A stretch of 39,908 nucleotides of DNA. It comes from a virus (lineage: Duplodnaviria > Caudoviricetes). Both the position numbers and the translations under genes were made by a program. Under the pieces are notes generated by a model, which was not told the DNA's origin, did no database searches, and was given only the letters and a program-made list of their open reading frames with translations. Positions 1 to 9,663 of the stretch are shown piece after piece (the stretch's first letter is position 1; each line of letters opens with the position of its first letter). The stretch lies in the IMG/VR virus record IMGVR_UViG_3300038673_000134, positions 1-39,908 of that record. One strand, written 5' to 3'.

Positions 1-12
1 GAGCAAAAGGAA

Positions 13-300
13 ATGGCCCTCTACGAGGCAGCCGTCAACAAGTTCGGCGTAATCCCCCAGATCGACCAGGCCATTGAGGAAATGGCAGAGCTGACCGTGG
101 CGCTGAACAAGTACAAGCGCCGTATCCGCAGCGAGGATATTATCAGCCAGGAAGCGGACGATGCAATCATGCAGCACGTCGCTGAGGAGCGGGCAGACGT
201 CTCTATTATGCTCTCCCAGCTCGACGTGATCTTCGGTGACAACAGCGATATGGAATGCGAGAAGCTGGATCACCTTGAAAGCCTGGTGCGCGATGTATAA
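13..300 (+). CDS. MazG-like nucleotide pyrophosphohydrolase-fold protein (possibly 5'-partial; frame is open from base 1)
   Basis: IEEMAEL...EERADV acidic ExxE/ExxD pattern of the MazG/all-alpha NTP-PPase fold; paralogue at the right window end. Confidence 0.65.
   Translation: MALYEAAVNKFGVIPQIDQAIEEMAELTVALNKYKRRIRSEDIISQEADDAIMQHVAEERADVSIMLSQLDVIFGDNSDMECEKLDHLESLVRDV
58..120 (+). repeat. 63-bp direct repeat, copy 1 (copy 2 at 39768-39830)
   Basis: cagatcgaccaggccattgaggaaatggcagagctgaccgt(g/a)gc(g/c)ctgaacaagtacaagcgc; 61/63 identical, both differences synonymous. Confidence 0.9.
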
Positions 301-469
301 CGACTGGAACCTGCCGGAGCCGCCGTTAGAGCCGCCCCCGGAACCGCCCCTTCCCCGCTGCCCAATCTGCGGTGAGGAGACAGACACGTTCTACAAGGAC
401 AAAAACGGCGACGTCGTGGGCTGCGACAACTGCGTGACCACGGCGGACGCCTGGGAGGAAACGGCATGA
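293..469 (+). CDS. small zinc-finger phage protein (58 aa)
   Basis: ATG at 293 overlapping the upstream gene; Pro-rich N-terminus, CPICG...GCDNC; ATGA overlap with next gene. Confidence 0.7.
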   Translation: MYNDWNLPEPPLEPPPEPPLPRCPICGEETDTFYKDKNGDVVGCDNCVTTADAWEETA

Positions 470-1410
470 AGAAAACAGAGAGCATTTCCACAAAGGGCAT
501 GAGCCGCGAGGAATGGCTTGCCCAGCGCCGCAAGACAATCGGCGGAAGCGACGCGGCCGCGATCATCGGCCTGAACGCCTACGCAAGCCCCTACACCGTA
601 TGGGCCGACAAGACCGGCCGCCTGCCGGACAAGCCTGACAACGAGGCCATGCGCCAGGGCCGCGACCTGGAGGACTACGTTGCCCGGCGCTGGATGGAGG
701 AAACCGGCAAAAAGGTGAACCGCGCCAACCGCATGATCTACAACCGCAGTTACCCTTACGCCCACGCAGACATTGACCGCGCAGTTCTGGGAGAGTACGC
801 CGGCCTGGAGTGCAAGACCACCGCCACCCTGGACGTTAAGCAATTCGAGGGCGGCGAGTTCCCGGAGAAGTATTACACCCAATGCGTCCACTACCTGGCC
901 GTTACCGGCTGGGAGCGCTGGTATCTGGCCGTCCTTGTATTCGGACGTGGCTTCTTCACATTCACCCTGGAACGCGACCAGGCGGAGATCGACGCTCTGA
1001 TGGCCGCAGAGGCGACGTTCTGGAACAACGTCAAAGAGGACGTGCCGCCGGCGACGGACGGAACAGAGGCCACCGCAGAGGCCTTGCAAGTCATTTACAG
1101 CGAGAGCCGCGACGAGGGCCGCGACCTGTTCGGCCGGGAAAGCCTGCTGGACGAGTATATGCAGCTCAAACGCCAGGGCAAGCCCATTGACGAGCGCCTT
1201 ACGGAGATCGAAAACACCCTGAAAGCAGATCTCCAGGACGCAGAGCGCGGCGCCTGCACCGGCTACAGCATCAGCTGGAAGTCACAGCAGAGACAAACAT
1301 TCCAGGCAAAGGCATTCGCCCAGGCATACCCCGGCATCGACCTCTCCCCGTTTTATCGCGTGAGCAACGTCCGGCCCTTTAAGGTTCTGGAGAAGAAAAA
1401 CGAAAACTGA
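466..1410 (+). CDS. YqaJ-like viral recombinase exonuclease
   Basis: EWLAQRRKTIGGSDAAAIIGLN, G..LE, LECKT, QCVHYLAVTG motifs; adjacent to RecT. Confidence 0.93.
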   Translation: MKKTESISTKGMSREEWLAQRRKTIGGSDAAAIIGLNAYASPYTVWADKTGRLPDKPDNEAMRQGRDLEDYVARRWMEETGKKVNRANRMIYNRSYPYAHADIDRAVLGEYAGLECKTTATLDVKQFEGGEFPEKYYTQCVHYLAVTGWERWYLAVLVFGRGFFTFTLERDQAEIDALMAAEATFWNNVKEDVPPATDGTEATAEALQVIYSESRDEGRDLFGRESLLDEYMQLKRQGKPIDERLTEIENTLKADLQDAERGACTGYSISWKSQQRQTFQAKAFAQAYPGIDLSPFYRVSNVRPFKVLEKKNEN

Positions 1411-1432
1411 ATGAAAGCAGGAGGACAAGATT

Positions 1433-2281
1433 ATGGCAAACAGTACGATCCAAAAGGCGACCACCCAGGCCGCCGCGAGAATGGACACCAGCAAGCCCAC
1501 CATGCAGCAGTACATCAAGCAGATGGAGGGCGAGATCCGCAAGGCGCTGCCCTCCGTTATCACGCCGGAGCGCTTCACCCGCATTGTTCTCTCCGCTCTG
1601 TCTACCAACCCGAAGCTGGCACAGACCACGCCCCAGAGCTTTCTTGGCGCCATGATGACCGCCGCGCAGCTGGGCATGGAACCCAACACCCCGCTGGGGC
1701 AGGCATACCTGATCCCGTTCTGGAACGGAAAGAACCATTGCAGCGAGTGCCAGTTCCAGCTTGGCTATAAGGGCCTCATTGACCTGGCATACCGCAGCGG
1801 CGAAGTCAGCGTGATCCAGGCACAGGTTGTGTACGAGAATGACGACTTCGATTATTCTTTCGGCCTGGAGCCGGAGCTGAAGCACATTCCCGCCAAGACC
1901 GGCAGAGGCGAACCAACCCACGTTTACGCCGTGTTTCGCACCAAGGACGGAGGCTACGGCTTTGAGGTTATGAGCATGGAGGACATTCGCGCCCATGCCC
2001 AGAAGTACAGCAAGGCCTACACCAGCGGCCCCTGGCAGACCAACTTTGAGGAGATGGCGAAGAAAACCGTCCTCAAGCGCGTTCTTAAATATGCACCGCT
2101 CAAGAGCGACTTCGTGCGCGGCATGGCCCAGGACGAGACCATCAAGACGGAGATCAGCGAGGATATGTACTCCGTCCCCGGCGTCGTGATCGAGGCCGAC
2201 GAGGGCCAGGACACGGCCTATGTGCCCGTTGACGAGACCACCGGCGAAGTGATCGCGCAGCCGGCAGCAAGCGAGGAGTAA
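1433..2281 (+). CDS. recT: RecT single-strand annealing protein
   Basis: AQLGMEPN..LGQAYLIPF, QFQLGYKGLIDLAYRSG, W..NFEEMAKKTV; RBS GGAGG. Confidence 0.95.
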   Translation: MANSTIQKATTQAAARMDTSKPTMQQYIKQMEGEIRKALPSVITPERFTRIVLSALSTNPKLAQTTPQSFLGAMMTAAQLGMEPNTPLGQAYLIPFWNGKNHCSECQFQLGYKGLIDLAYRSGEVSVIQAQVVYENDDFDYSFGLEPELKHIPAKTGRGEPTHVYAVFRTKDGGYGFEVMSMEDIRAHAQKYSKAYTSGPWQTNFEEMAKKTVLKRVLKYAPLKSDFVRGMAQDETIKTEISEDMYSVPGVVIEADEGQDTAYVPVDETTGEVIAQPAASEE

Positions 2282-2304
2282 CGCAGAAAGAGTGGTGAAC
2301 CGCC

Positions 2305-3240
2305 GTGATACCGTGGATACAGGTATATTCCAACCTGCCCCAGCATCCGAAAACTTCACGCCTGGCAGATGAATTGAACCTGTCCAGCACAGCGTTCAAT
2401 CCAAACACCCTGGCCGTTGGCCTGCTGGTGTGCCTGTGGACATGGGCCATTCAGAACGCCTGTGACGGCGATCTTTCCGGCTGTTCTCCCCGCTCTATCG
2501 CGGAAGCGTGCCAATGGAAGAAGAAACCTGACGTGCTGATACAGGCCCTTATGAAGTCCGGCTATCTCGACGCGGATATGCGGCTGCATGACTGGGAGGA
2601 ATACGCAAGCCTCCTTATGGAGCAGGAGGAAAACAGAAAGGCAAAAACCCGCGACAGAGTGAAACGTTACCGCGAACGGAAATCGCAAGAGGCCGGTTGT
2701 GACAGTAACGTAGACGGTAACGCTTCATGTAACGTTACAGATACGTTATGTAACGCTCCTACCGTACCTAACCTAACCGTACCAGACCTAACCAGACCAA
2801 ATTATTTCTCTGGTGGTGGTGGTGACGCGGGCGTGCGTGCACAGGCGAGCGACGCCGTGATTGAGTTTTTTCGGGATCGCGGTCTCGACCCCAGCGTGTT
2901 TTTCGGCATGAACGAGGAGACCTACGCAGAATGCGCAGCGCTCACGGACGAGGTATTCAAGGCCTTTACGAGCCGGCGCCCGACCAGGATCGACGTTGCC
3001 AACGTGTTCACGGCTGCATTCCAGAGCCACCACGACGAAGTGACGGACACCTGGGAGGTTAAGCTATCACAGCACAACCGCGACCTGCTCATGTACGCAT
3101 TTGAGGCCGCCGGGAACGCCGGCAAGGCCGGAGACTGGAAGTACATCAACGGCGTGCTTGGAAAGCTGCACCAGCGGAATATCAGGACGCTGGGAGACGC
3201 GGAGAATTACGACTTCGACCGCCTGGACGGCGGACTGTGA
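2305..3240 (+). CDS. phage replication initiator (N-terminal wHTH, C-terminal DnaD-like)
   Basis: WI...HPK, LHDWEEY, RDRVKRYRERK linker, WKYINGVL; internal iteron-like repeats; follows RecT. Confidence 0.75.
   Translation: MIPWIQVYSNLPQHPKTSRLADELNLSSTAFNPNTLAVGLLVCLWTWAIQNACDGDLSGCSPRSIAEACQWKKKPDVLIQALMKSGYLDADMRLHDWEEYASLLMEQEENRKAKTRDRVKRYRERKSQEAGCDSNVDGNASCNVTDTLCNAPTVPNLTVPDLTRPNYFSGGGGDAGVRAQASDAVIEFFRDRGLDPSVFFGMNEETYAECAALTDEVFKAFTSRRPTRIDVANVFTAAFQSHHDEVTDTWEVKLSQHNRDLLMYAFEAAGNAGKAGDWKYINGVLGKLHQRNIRTLGDAENYDFDRLDGGL
2665..2800. repeat. putative replication origin (iterons) inside initiator gene
   Basis: GTAACG at 2705, 2717, 2729, 2750, CGTTAC at 2665, palindrome TGTAACGTTACA 2728-2739, then eight tandem ACCNN 5-mers 2761-2800. 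Confidence 0.6.
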
Positions 3241-3267
3241 GACCAAAGCGAGGGGAGGGCTGCGGTT

Positions 3268-3483
3268 ATGGGCGTCGCAATGAAGCGCAACAAGTTCTGG
3301 GCGTGCCCGTTCTTCAAGTGGGACGGGAAACAGGAGATCAGCTGCGAGGGCGGCCGCGTGACGTTTCCGACGTCGGAGAGCGCCAACGCCTACATGAACG
3401 CCTATTGCGCCGGAGACTGGCAGAAATGCTCTGTGGCCGCAGCCCTGCTGAAATACTACGAGACGGAGGAAAAGAAACCGTGA
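3268..3483 (+). CDS. small Cys-rich hypothetical protein
   Basis: 71 aa, CPFF..ISCEGG..YC..WQKC; RBS GGGGAGGG. Confidence 0.7.
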   Translation: MGVAMKRNKFWACPFFKWDGKQEISCEGGRVTFPTSESANAYMNAYCAGDWQKCSVAAALLKYYETEEKKP

Positions 3484-3809
3484 GAAACGTTGACAAGATC
3501 AGAGTTCTGGAAAATCAGCTGGAGCACGAGCGCAAGCAGACGGCCCAGCTGCGGAAAGATAACACCACCCTTGTGGCCGCCAACCGGCAGATCCGCGAAA
3601 TGACCGACGCCGTTATCACCGAGATCGTGAAGCGCTACGGCGAGAAACGCGAGGAGGACGGCAAGCTGCTGGGCTACCGCCTCGCCACGACCAAGGTTGA
3701 CGTCAAGGCAGCCCTGGAGGCCTGGGAGATCTTCGTGGACGATCAGGGCGACGACCGCATCATCGGGATCGCGCCCAGGGAGGAGGCCGGCGACAGTGGG
3801 AATGAATAG
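3480..3809 (+). CDS. hypothetical coiled-coil protein (109 aa)
   Basis: GTGA overlap with previous stop; MRNVDKIRVLENQLEHERK... Confidence 0.65.
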   Translation: MRNVDKIRVLENQLEHERKQTAQLRKDNTTLVAANRQIREMTDAVITEIVKRYGEKREEDGKLLGYRLATTKVDVKAALEAWEIFVDDQGDDRIIGIAPREEAGDSGNE

Positions 3810-4263
3810 CAAGGATCTCTCCCGCCTGGGGCCGGCAGCCCAGCAGCAGGTGCTTCAGAAGCTGGGAAAGCAGCAGCGTGGCCGTGAGGGCAAGACGCTG
3901 CCCAAGAACAAGTACAACGCCAAGCCAACCGACGTTATCATGCCGGACGGCACCGTGCGACACTTCGACAGCGAGAAAGAGGCCAAGCGTTTCAGGGAGC
4001 TGGACCTGCTCCAGCGTGCCGGGGAGATCACCGGCCTGCGCTGCCAGGTGCCTTTTGAACTGATCCCACATCAGGTGCGCGAGGATGGGAAGAAAGAGCA
4101 GCCCGTGAAGTACATAGCCGACTTCGTTTACAACGACGGCTGCAAGCGCGTGGTAGAGGACGTCAAGGGCTACGCAGATCCCAAGAGCGCGGCATATAAG
4201 CTCTACACCGTGAAGCGGAAGCTCATGCTGCAAAAATTCGGCATCACGATCCGGGAGGTATAG
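3802..4263 (+). CDS. DUF1064-family PD-(D/E)xK nuclease
   Basis: KYNAK, FDSEKEA, QVPFEL, YIADFVY, VVEDVKG. Confidence 0.85.
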   Translation: MNSKDLSRLGPAAQQQVLQKLGKQQRGREGKTLPKNKYNAKPTDVIMPDGTVRHFDSEKEAKRFRELDLLQRAGEITGLRCQVPFELIPHQVREDGKKEQPVKYIADFVYNDGCKRVVEDVKGYADPKSAAYKLYTVKRKLMLQKFGITIREV

Positions 4264-4265
4264 GC

Positions 4266-4418
4266 ATGGACGATAAGAAAAAATGCTGCGGCACCTGTCG
4301 CTGGCACAAGCACGAGGATATTGACGACGGCTGGGTATGCGTGAACAGAGACAGCGAGTATTGCACCGACTGGACGGAGTACTCGGACAGCTGCGCCGAC
4401 TGGGAGGGCAGAGAATGA
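4266..4418 (+). CDS. small Cys-rich hypothetical protein (50 aa)
   Basis: MDDKKKCCGTCRWH...WVCVN...C...C..WE; RBS GGAGG; not in ORF track (short). Confidence 0.65.
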   Translation: MDDKKKCCGTCRWHKHEDIDDGWVCVNRDSEYCTDWTEYSDSCADWEGRE

Positions 4419-4642
4419 ACGCGAAAAACAGAAATTACGGCGGCTATCCTACCGTTGACGGATTTGATCTGGACACCTGTCCGTTTTGCGGAGAGCCTGG
4501 AGAGATTAATTCTGATATTAGCAGCAGCGGAAATTTCCCTACACGGTACCTCGCTTGCTGCTCCAAATGCTGCGGCATGATCGAGGAATGGTGGGACACG
4601 CCGCAGGAAGCAGCCGACGCCTGGAACAGGAGGGCAACATGA
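4415..4642 (+). CDS. Lar-family restriction alleviation-like zinc-finger protein
   Basis: CPFCG...CSKC...EAADAWNRR signature; ATGA overlaps on both sides. Confidence 0.75.
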   Translation: MNAKNRNYGGYPTVDGFDLDTCPFCGEPGEINSDISSSGNFPTRYLACCSKCCGMIEEWWDTPQEAADAWNRRAT

Positions 4643-4806
4643 GCAAGAAGCTCGACCTCTGCGGGAAGTGCGCTGCCGAGCTGCGCGAGGGCTATAAGCT
4701 GGCACGCGTCGCCGGCGGCGTGGACAACAAGATCACCTGCTCCAACTGCGGGAAACGGCGCTTCGGCGCCACATATGAGCTGGAGAAGAAAGGCGGCAAG
4801 AAATGA
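4639..4806 (+). CDS. small zinc-finger hypothetical protein (55 aa)
   Basis: CGKC...CSNCG; RBS GGAGG. Confidence 0.7.
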   Translation: MSKKLDLCGKCAAELREGYKLARVAGGVDNKITCSNCGKRRFGATYELEKKGGKK

Positions 4807-4973
4807 ACGCTTGCGAATGGGAGACCAAATTCGACCCGGAGCTTCCCGGAAATTACCTTGTCACGACCAAAGCGACAGGAACGGTTTGCATGAGGAGATA
4901 CGACGGGAGCAAATGGATATACGGAAAGCCTCTTGCCTAGATGTGGCCACCGGCGCCGTATGAGCCGAACTAA
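4803..4973 (+). pseudogene. DUF551-like small protein interrupted by TAG at 4938-4940
   Basis: MNACEW...PELPGNYLVT...KW..PLA*MWPPAPYEPN; stop lies where the family 'AWM.lP.PY' Trp is expected. Confidence 0.55.
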
Positions 4974-4986
4974 ATAGCAGCTTTAG

Positions 4987-5011
4987 CCCTGGGCGGTTTA
5001 TCCGTCCAGGG
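4987..5011 (+). terminator. GC-rich hairpin ending the early operon (weak U-tract)
   Basis: ccctgggcgg-tttat-ccgtccaggg, 10-bp stem with one G-U. Confidence 0.4.
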
Positions 5012-5042
5012 TATTCCCCTATTCTGGAAAGGAGTTAAGAGC

Positions 5043-5324
5043 ATGGGAAAAACCAGCTATGAAAACGGCGTGTCTTTCAGAAAGCCAAGGAACAGCGCGG
5101 AGGCGGCCTGCTTTGACGCCATGCGTGAAGCTGGCTGGACTGTCACTAAAAGAGGATGGCCGGACTTCTTTTGCGTGAAAGATGGAGAGATATGCGTTGT
5201 AGAAGTGAAACCGCGCGGATCCACGCCGATGAAAAAGAACCAGAACCTTGTCATGGAGAAGCTGAAAGAGCACGGAATTACCTGCTATCGATACGACCCG
5301 GACGACGGACTAACAAAGGTTTAA
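5043..5324 (+). CDS. VRR-NUC domain nuclease
   Basis: GWPDFF...VVEVK...NQ pattern; RBS AAGGAG. Confidence 0.75.
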   Translation: MGKTSYENGVSFRKPRNSAEAACFDAMREAGWTVTKRGWPDFFCVKDGEICVVEVKPRGSTPMKKNQNLVMEKLKEHGITCYRYDPDDGLTKV

Positions 5325-5419
5325 TGGGGAAACCCGTTTCTTTATTCTTTCTTTATTGATTTCTTTCTTGTTTCTTTGGGATGGGGCACCCACCGCGAAG
5401 CGGAATAAATACGTCCCTT

Positions 5420-5451
5420 TGGGCGAAAAACTGTAAAACTATTGCTATGCT
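5420..5451 (+). promoter_or_regulatory. putative late promoter 1 (upstream of terS)
   Basis: TGGGCGA-N16-TGCTATGCT; same motif and spacing at 9977 and 34718. Confidence 0.65.
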
Positions 5452-5484
5452 TAATCTGAAACCACGAGGAAAGGCGGTGACGGC

Positions 5485-6051
5485 ATGGGAGGAAAAGGCG
5501 TATTGACGGACAAGCAGCAGATCTTTGTCGATGAATACCTGAAAGATCTGAACGCTACCCAGGCCGCCATTCGTGCCGGCTATTCACCACGGACGGCAGC
5601 CGAGACCGGCCACAAGCTGTGTCAAAAAAGGTTAGTCGCGGACGCTATCGCGTGTGCGAAAGCGGACAGGAGCAGAAGAACCGGAATATCCCAGGATCGT
5701 GTGCTGGAGGAGCTGGCCCGCGTCGCTTTCTGCAACCCGTCTGACGTTCTCGATCTGAACACGGCAGAAGTGAAGTCAACCGCTGGTGAGGATGACCTAA
5801 AGGTCATTGCCGGAGTGAAGGTCAAATACGTCCCTCACAAGAACGAAAGCGGAGACTACGAGGAAGCCATTGAGCGCGAGGTCAAGCTCTGCGACAAGCT
5901 CAAGGCGCTGGATATGCTCTGCAAGCATCTTGGTATGTACGATAAGGGCGCCAGTTCTGACGACGAGGACGAGAGCACCGGCGTGGTAGAGCTTCCGCCA
6001 GTCATGGAAAGCCCAGGGCCGCCCGGACAAGAAGGTGGTGCTGATGGGTAA
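5485..6051 (+). CDS. terS: terminase small subunit
   Basis: LTDKQQIFVDEYLKDLNATQAAIRAGYS...KLKALDMLCKHLGM. Confidence 0.93.
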   Translation: MGGKGVLTDKQQIFVDEYLKDLNATQAAIRAGYSPRTAAETGHKLCQKRLVADAIACAKADRSRRTGISQDRVLEELARVAFCNPSDVLDLNTAEVKSTAGEDDLKVIAGVKVKYVPHKNESGDYEEAIEREVKLCDKLKALDMLCKHLGMYDKGASSDDEDESTGVVELPPVMESPGPPGQEGGADG

Positions 6052-7501
6052 AGCTGCCACGCGAAACACCGTATGGAGGCCGCAGCCCAGGCAAGCAGCC
6101 CTTATGGCACGATTTGAGGACGAGGCCCTGTATGGAGGCGCTGCCGGCGGCGGAAAGTCAGACTGCGCCCTGGCGGAGGCGCTACGCCAGGTGAAGATCC
6201 CGTATTATCGCGGACTGATCCTGCGAAAGACATTCCCACAGCTGACGGAGCTGATGGATCGCTCCACGGAGATCTACCGGCGGGCATACCCCAGGGCACG
6301 CTTCAACGACAGCAAGCACGTCTGGACATTCCCCAGCGGCGCCAAGATCTTCTTCGGCTCCATGCAGCACACAAAAGACCGCACGAATTACCAGGGCAAA
6401 CGCTATGACTTTATCGACTTCGACGAGCTGACGCAGTTCATGTGGGAGGAGTACAGCTATATGTTCTCCCGCAACCGCCCGAATGGCCCAGGCACCCGCT
6501 GCTATATGCGCGCCCAGGCAAACCCCGGAGGCATCGGCCACGGATGGGTAAAGGAGCGGTTTATCACGGCCGCACAGCCTATGCAAACAGTCTGGGAGCA
6601 GGTGAAGATCAGATACCCAGACGGCCACGAGGAAACGCGTTGGAAAAGCCGCATATTTGTCCCGTCCTCCGTCTTTGACAACAAAATCCTGCTGCAAAAT
6701 GATCCTGAATACATCACCCGCCTTGCCTCCATGCCGGAGCAAGAGCGCAACGCGCTGCTTTACGGAGACTGGGACACTTTCGCCGGCCAGGTGTTTACCG
6801 AATGGAGGAACGACAGCGACCACTACGCCGACCGCATCAACACCCATGTGATCGCGCCGTTCAAGGTACCGTCGGACTGGGCGATCTGGTGCGGCCTGGA
6901 CTGGGGCTATTCCCGCCCGTTCTCCGTCGCCTGGTACGCCGTGGATCACGAGCGGAGAATGTACCGCATCCGCGAATACTACGGCTGCACCGGCACGCCG
7001 AACACCGGCGTGAAGCTGGAGCCGGCGGAAGTGGCGCGGGAGATCCGCAGGATCGAGGCGGAAGATCCCAACCTGAAAGGCCGCCGGATCAGCCGCGTGG
7101 GAGATCCGGCAATCTGGGGCAGCCAAGGCACGGAGAGCATAGGCGCCCTGCTGGAACGTGAGCGCTGCTATTTTGAGAAAGGCGATCACGCCCGCGTAGA
7201 CGGCAAGATGCAGGTACACCATAGGCTGGCTTTCGATGAAAACGGCGTGCCCATGCTCTATGTTTTCAACACCTGCAAGCACTTCATACGCACCGTTCCG
7301 AACCTGGTCTACGACGAAAAGGACGTTGAGGACATTGACACCGACGGTGAGGATCACATTTACGACGAGCTGCGCTATGTGTGCATGAAGAACCCGATTG
7401 CACCGCGTATCAACAAGCCGCCGCCCCTGGTGGTCTACGATCCGCTGGCGACAGAAACAGACTACAACTACGACCGCTATGCTTTTTACAAGAAATACTG
7501 A
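6044..7501 (+). CDS. terL: terminase large subunit
   Basis: Walker A YGGAAGGGKS, Walker B FDELTQF, ANPGG, nuclease GLDWGYS and DHIYDELRY. Confidence 0.95.
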   Translation: MGKAATRNTVWRPQPRQAALMARFEDEALYGGAAGGGKSDCALAEALRQVKIPYYRGLILRKTFPQLTELMDRSTEIYRRAYPRARFNDSKHVWTFPSGAKIFFGSMQHTKDRTNYQGKRYDFIDFDELTQFMWEEYSYMFSRNRPNGPGTRCYMRAQANPGGIGHGWVKERFITAAQPMQTVWEQVKIRYPDGHEETRWKSRIFVPSSVFDNKILLQNDPEYITRLASMPEQERNALLYGDWDTFAGQVFTEWRNDSDHYADRINTHVIAPFKVPSDWAIWCGLDWGYSRPFSVAWYAVDHERRMYRIREYYGCTGTPNTGVKLEPAEVAREIRRIEAEDPNLKGRRISRVGDPAIWGSQGTESIGALLERERCYFEKGDHARVDGKMQVHHRLAFDENGVPMLYVFNTCKHFIRTVPNLVYDEKDVEDIDTDGEDHIYDELRYVCMKNPIAPRINKPPPLVVYDPLATETDYNYDRYAFYKKY

Positions 7502-7520
7502 CGATATGGAGGGTAACACA

Positions 7521-9650
7521 ATGGCTTTCAATTTTCAGAAGCGCCGGCCCGACGAGGCGGCGCCAACCATTCCCCAGCAGGGGCAGGCGCAGCCGCCTAC
7601 CGGGCAGCCTGCCATGCAGCAGATCCCAGGCATGGGCACCGGCGGCCAGGCGTTCATGCCAAAGCAGCCGCCCAGCACCGGCGTGCCCGGCGTGCAGCCG
7701 CCACAGGGCATCGATCCGAAGATGGCAGCCATGCTGCTGACGCGCCAGAACAGCAAGCCGACTATCACCAAAGAGGACGTCGCAAAGGCAGCAACAATCC
7801 TGAAAGAGTACAAGGACGGCAAGGCCAACCTGGAGGATCGCATTGTCAAGGACGAGCTGTGGTGGCAGCTGCGCCATTGGGAGGCGATCAGGGACGGCAG
7901 ACAGGCAAAGGGCGTTAAGCCCGGCGAAATGCCGGAGCCGTCCAGCGCCTGGCTGTTCAACTGCATTCTCAACAAGCACGCGGACGCGATGGACAATTAC
8001 CCGGAACCCGTCGTGCTGCCCAGAGAGCAGAGCGACCAGGACAGCGCCAAGAACCTTTCCAGCGTGCTGCCCGTGATCCTGGAGTACAACGACTACGAGC
8101 AGACCTACAGCGACAACTGGTGGGAGAAGCTCAAACACGGCACAGGCGCATACGGCGTGTTCTGGAATGCCGAAAAGGAGAACGGCCTGGGCGATATTGA
8201 TATTCGGGAAATCGACCTGCTAAAGCTGTTCTGGGAGCCTGGCATTACCGACATTCAGAAGTCCCGCAACCTGTTCATCGTGGAGCTGGTGGACGAGGAT
8301 CTTCTTGACCAGCAGTACCCCGACCACAAGGGCCGCCTGAAAGGAAATGCCGTTGACGTCAAGGAGTATATCTACGACGACACCGTGGACACCCAGGGCA
8401 AGAGCGTCGTTGTAGACTGGTACTACAAAGTCAAGTCCCCGGACGGCCGCACGCTGCTGCACTACGTCAAGTTCGTGGGCGACGAGCTGCTTTATGCCAG
8501 CGAGAACGACCCGGAATACCGGGAGCGCGGTTTCTACGATCACGGGCAGTACCCCGTCGTGCTCGATGTCATGTTCCCGGAAAAGGGCACGCCCGTCGGC
8601 TTCGGCTACGTTGCGATCTGCAAAGATCCGCAGCTCTACATCGACAAGCTCTCCGGCAATATTCTGGAGAACGCCATGATGGCCACAAAGAAGCGTTTCT
8701 TCTGCTCCACTTCCACCAACATCAACAAGCAGCAGTTCATGGACTGGAACGATCCCATTGTGGACGTGGAGGGCGAGATCGACGACCGGCGCCTGAAAGA
8801 GATCGTCACGCAGCCCCTGGACGACATTTACGTTACCGTCGCCCAGCTCAAGATCGACGAGATGAAAGACACGGCCGCCAACCGCGACGTCAACAGCGGC
8901 GGCACCGGCTCCGGCGTGACGGCGGCAGCTGCCATTGCGGCACTCCAGGAGGCCGGCAACAAGGCCAGCCGCGACATGATCTCCGCCTCCTACCGCGCAC
9001 ATTGCCAGATCAACCAGCTCGCCATTGAGCTGATCCGGCAGTTCTACGACGAGGAGCGCAGCTTCCGCATCACGGCCCCCAACGGCATGGGCGGTTATCA
9101 GTTCATCGGCCTTTCCAACCAGGGCCTGCGCGATCAGCCTATCGGCATGGACGCCACCGGCAGCCCGCTCTACCGCCGGCCGATCTTTGACCTGAAGATC
9201 AAGGCCCAGAAGAAAAATCCGTTTTCACGCATGGAGCAGAACGAGACCGCCAAAGAGCTTTACAAGATGGGCTTCTTCAACCCGGAACGCGCCCAGGAAG
9301 CGCTGATGTGTCTGGACATGATGGAGTTTGAGGGCGTAGAGCAGGTACGCGAAAAGGTACAGCAGGGACAAACGCTGCTGAACATCGCCACCCAGCTCAT
9401 GCAGGAAAACGCGATGCTTAAAGCCGCACTCGGCATTGCGGCCCCTGCGGGCGCACAGCCGGCCCAGGGCGCAGCACCAAGCGCAGGTATGCCAGGCACC
9501 GGCGGAGGCGGCCAGGCGCCCGGAGCTGCCCTTGCAAGCTCTGTTATGAAAGCACAGCAGCCCATGACCGGCTACGGGCAGCGCCTGGCAGCACGCAGCA
9601 AGCCGAACATGAACGCCAAAAGCAACGCGGCAAACCCGGCAGCGAAGTGA
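7521..9650 (+). CDS. portal protein (P22/podovirus-like), with P/Q-rich disordered termini
   Basis: 709 aa directly after TerL; RBS GGAGGG; SGVTAAAAIAALQEAG motif. Confidence 0.8.
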   Translation: MAFNFQKRRPDEAAPTIPQQGQAQPPTGQPAMQQIPGMGTGGQAFMPKQPPSTGVPGVQPPQGIDPKMAAMLLTRQNSKPTITKEDVAKAATILKEYKDGKANLEDRIVKDELWWQLRHWEAIRDGRQAKGVKPGEMPEPSSAWLFNCILNKHADAMDNYPEPVVLPREQSDQDSAKNLSSVLPVILEYNDYEQTYSDNWWEKLKHGTGAYGVFWNAEKENGLGDIDIREIDLLKLFWEPGITDIQKSRNLFIVELVDEDLLDQQYPDHKGRLKGNAVDVKEYIYDDTVDTQGKSVVVDWYYKVKSPDGRTLLHYVKFVGDELLYASENDPEYRERGFYDHGQYPVVLDVMFPEKGTPVGFGYVAICKDPQLYIDKLSGNILENAMMATKKRFFCSTSTNINKQQFMDWNDPIVDVEGEIDDRRLKEIVTQPLDDIYVTVAQLKIDEMKDTAANRDVNSGGTGSGVTAAAAIAALQEAGNKASRDMISASYRAHCQINQLAIELIRQFYDEERSFRITAPNGMGGYQFIGLSNQGLRDQPIGMDATGSPLYRRPIFDLKIKAQKKNPFSRMEQNETAKELYKMGFFNPERAQEALMCLDMMEFEGVEQVREKVQQGQTLLNIATQLMQENAMLKAALGIAAPAGAQPAQGAAPSAGMPGTGGGGQAPGAALASSVMKAQQPMTGYGQRLAARSKPNMNAKSNAANPAAK

Positions 9651-9663
9651 GGAGGCGGCAACA

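Noticed and set aside
2761-2800. CRISPR-like or VNTR array
   Set aside because: Only 5-bp units without spacers; no CRISPR array or cas gene seen anywhere in the window.
5325-5380. Pyrimidine-rich tract upstream of terS as pac site or terminator
   Set aside because: Only a 3-4 bp stem and no diagnostic feature; cannot be supported from sequence.
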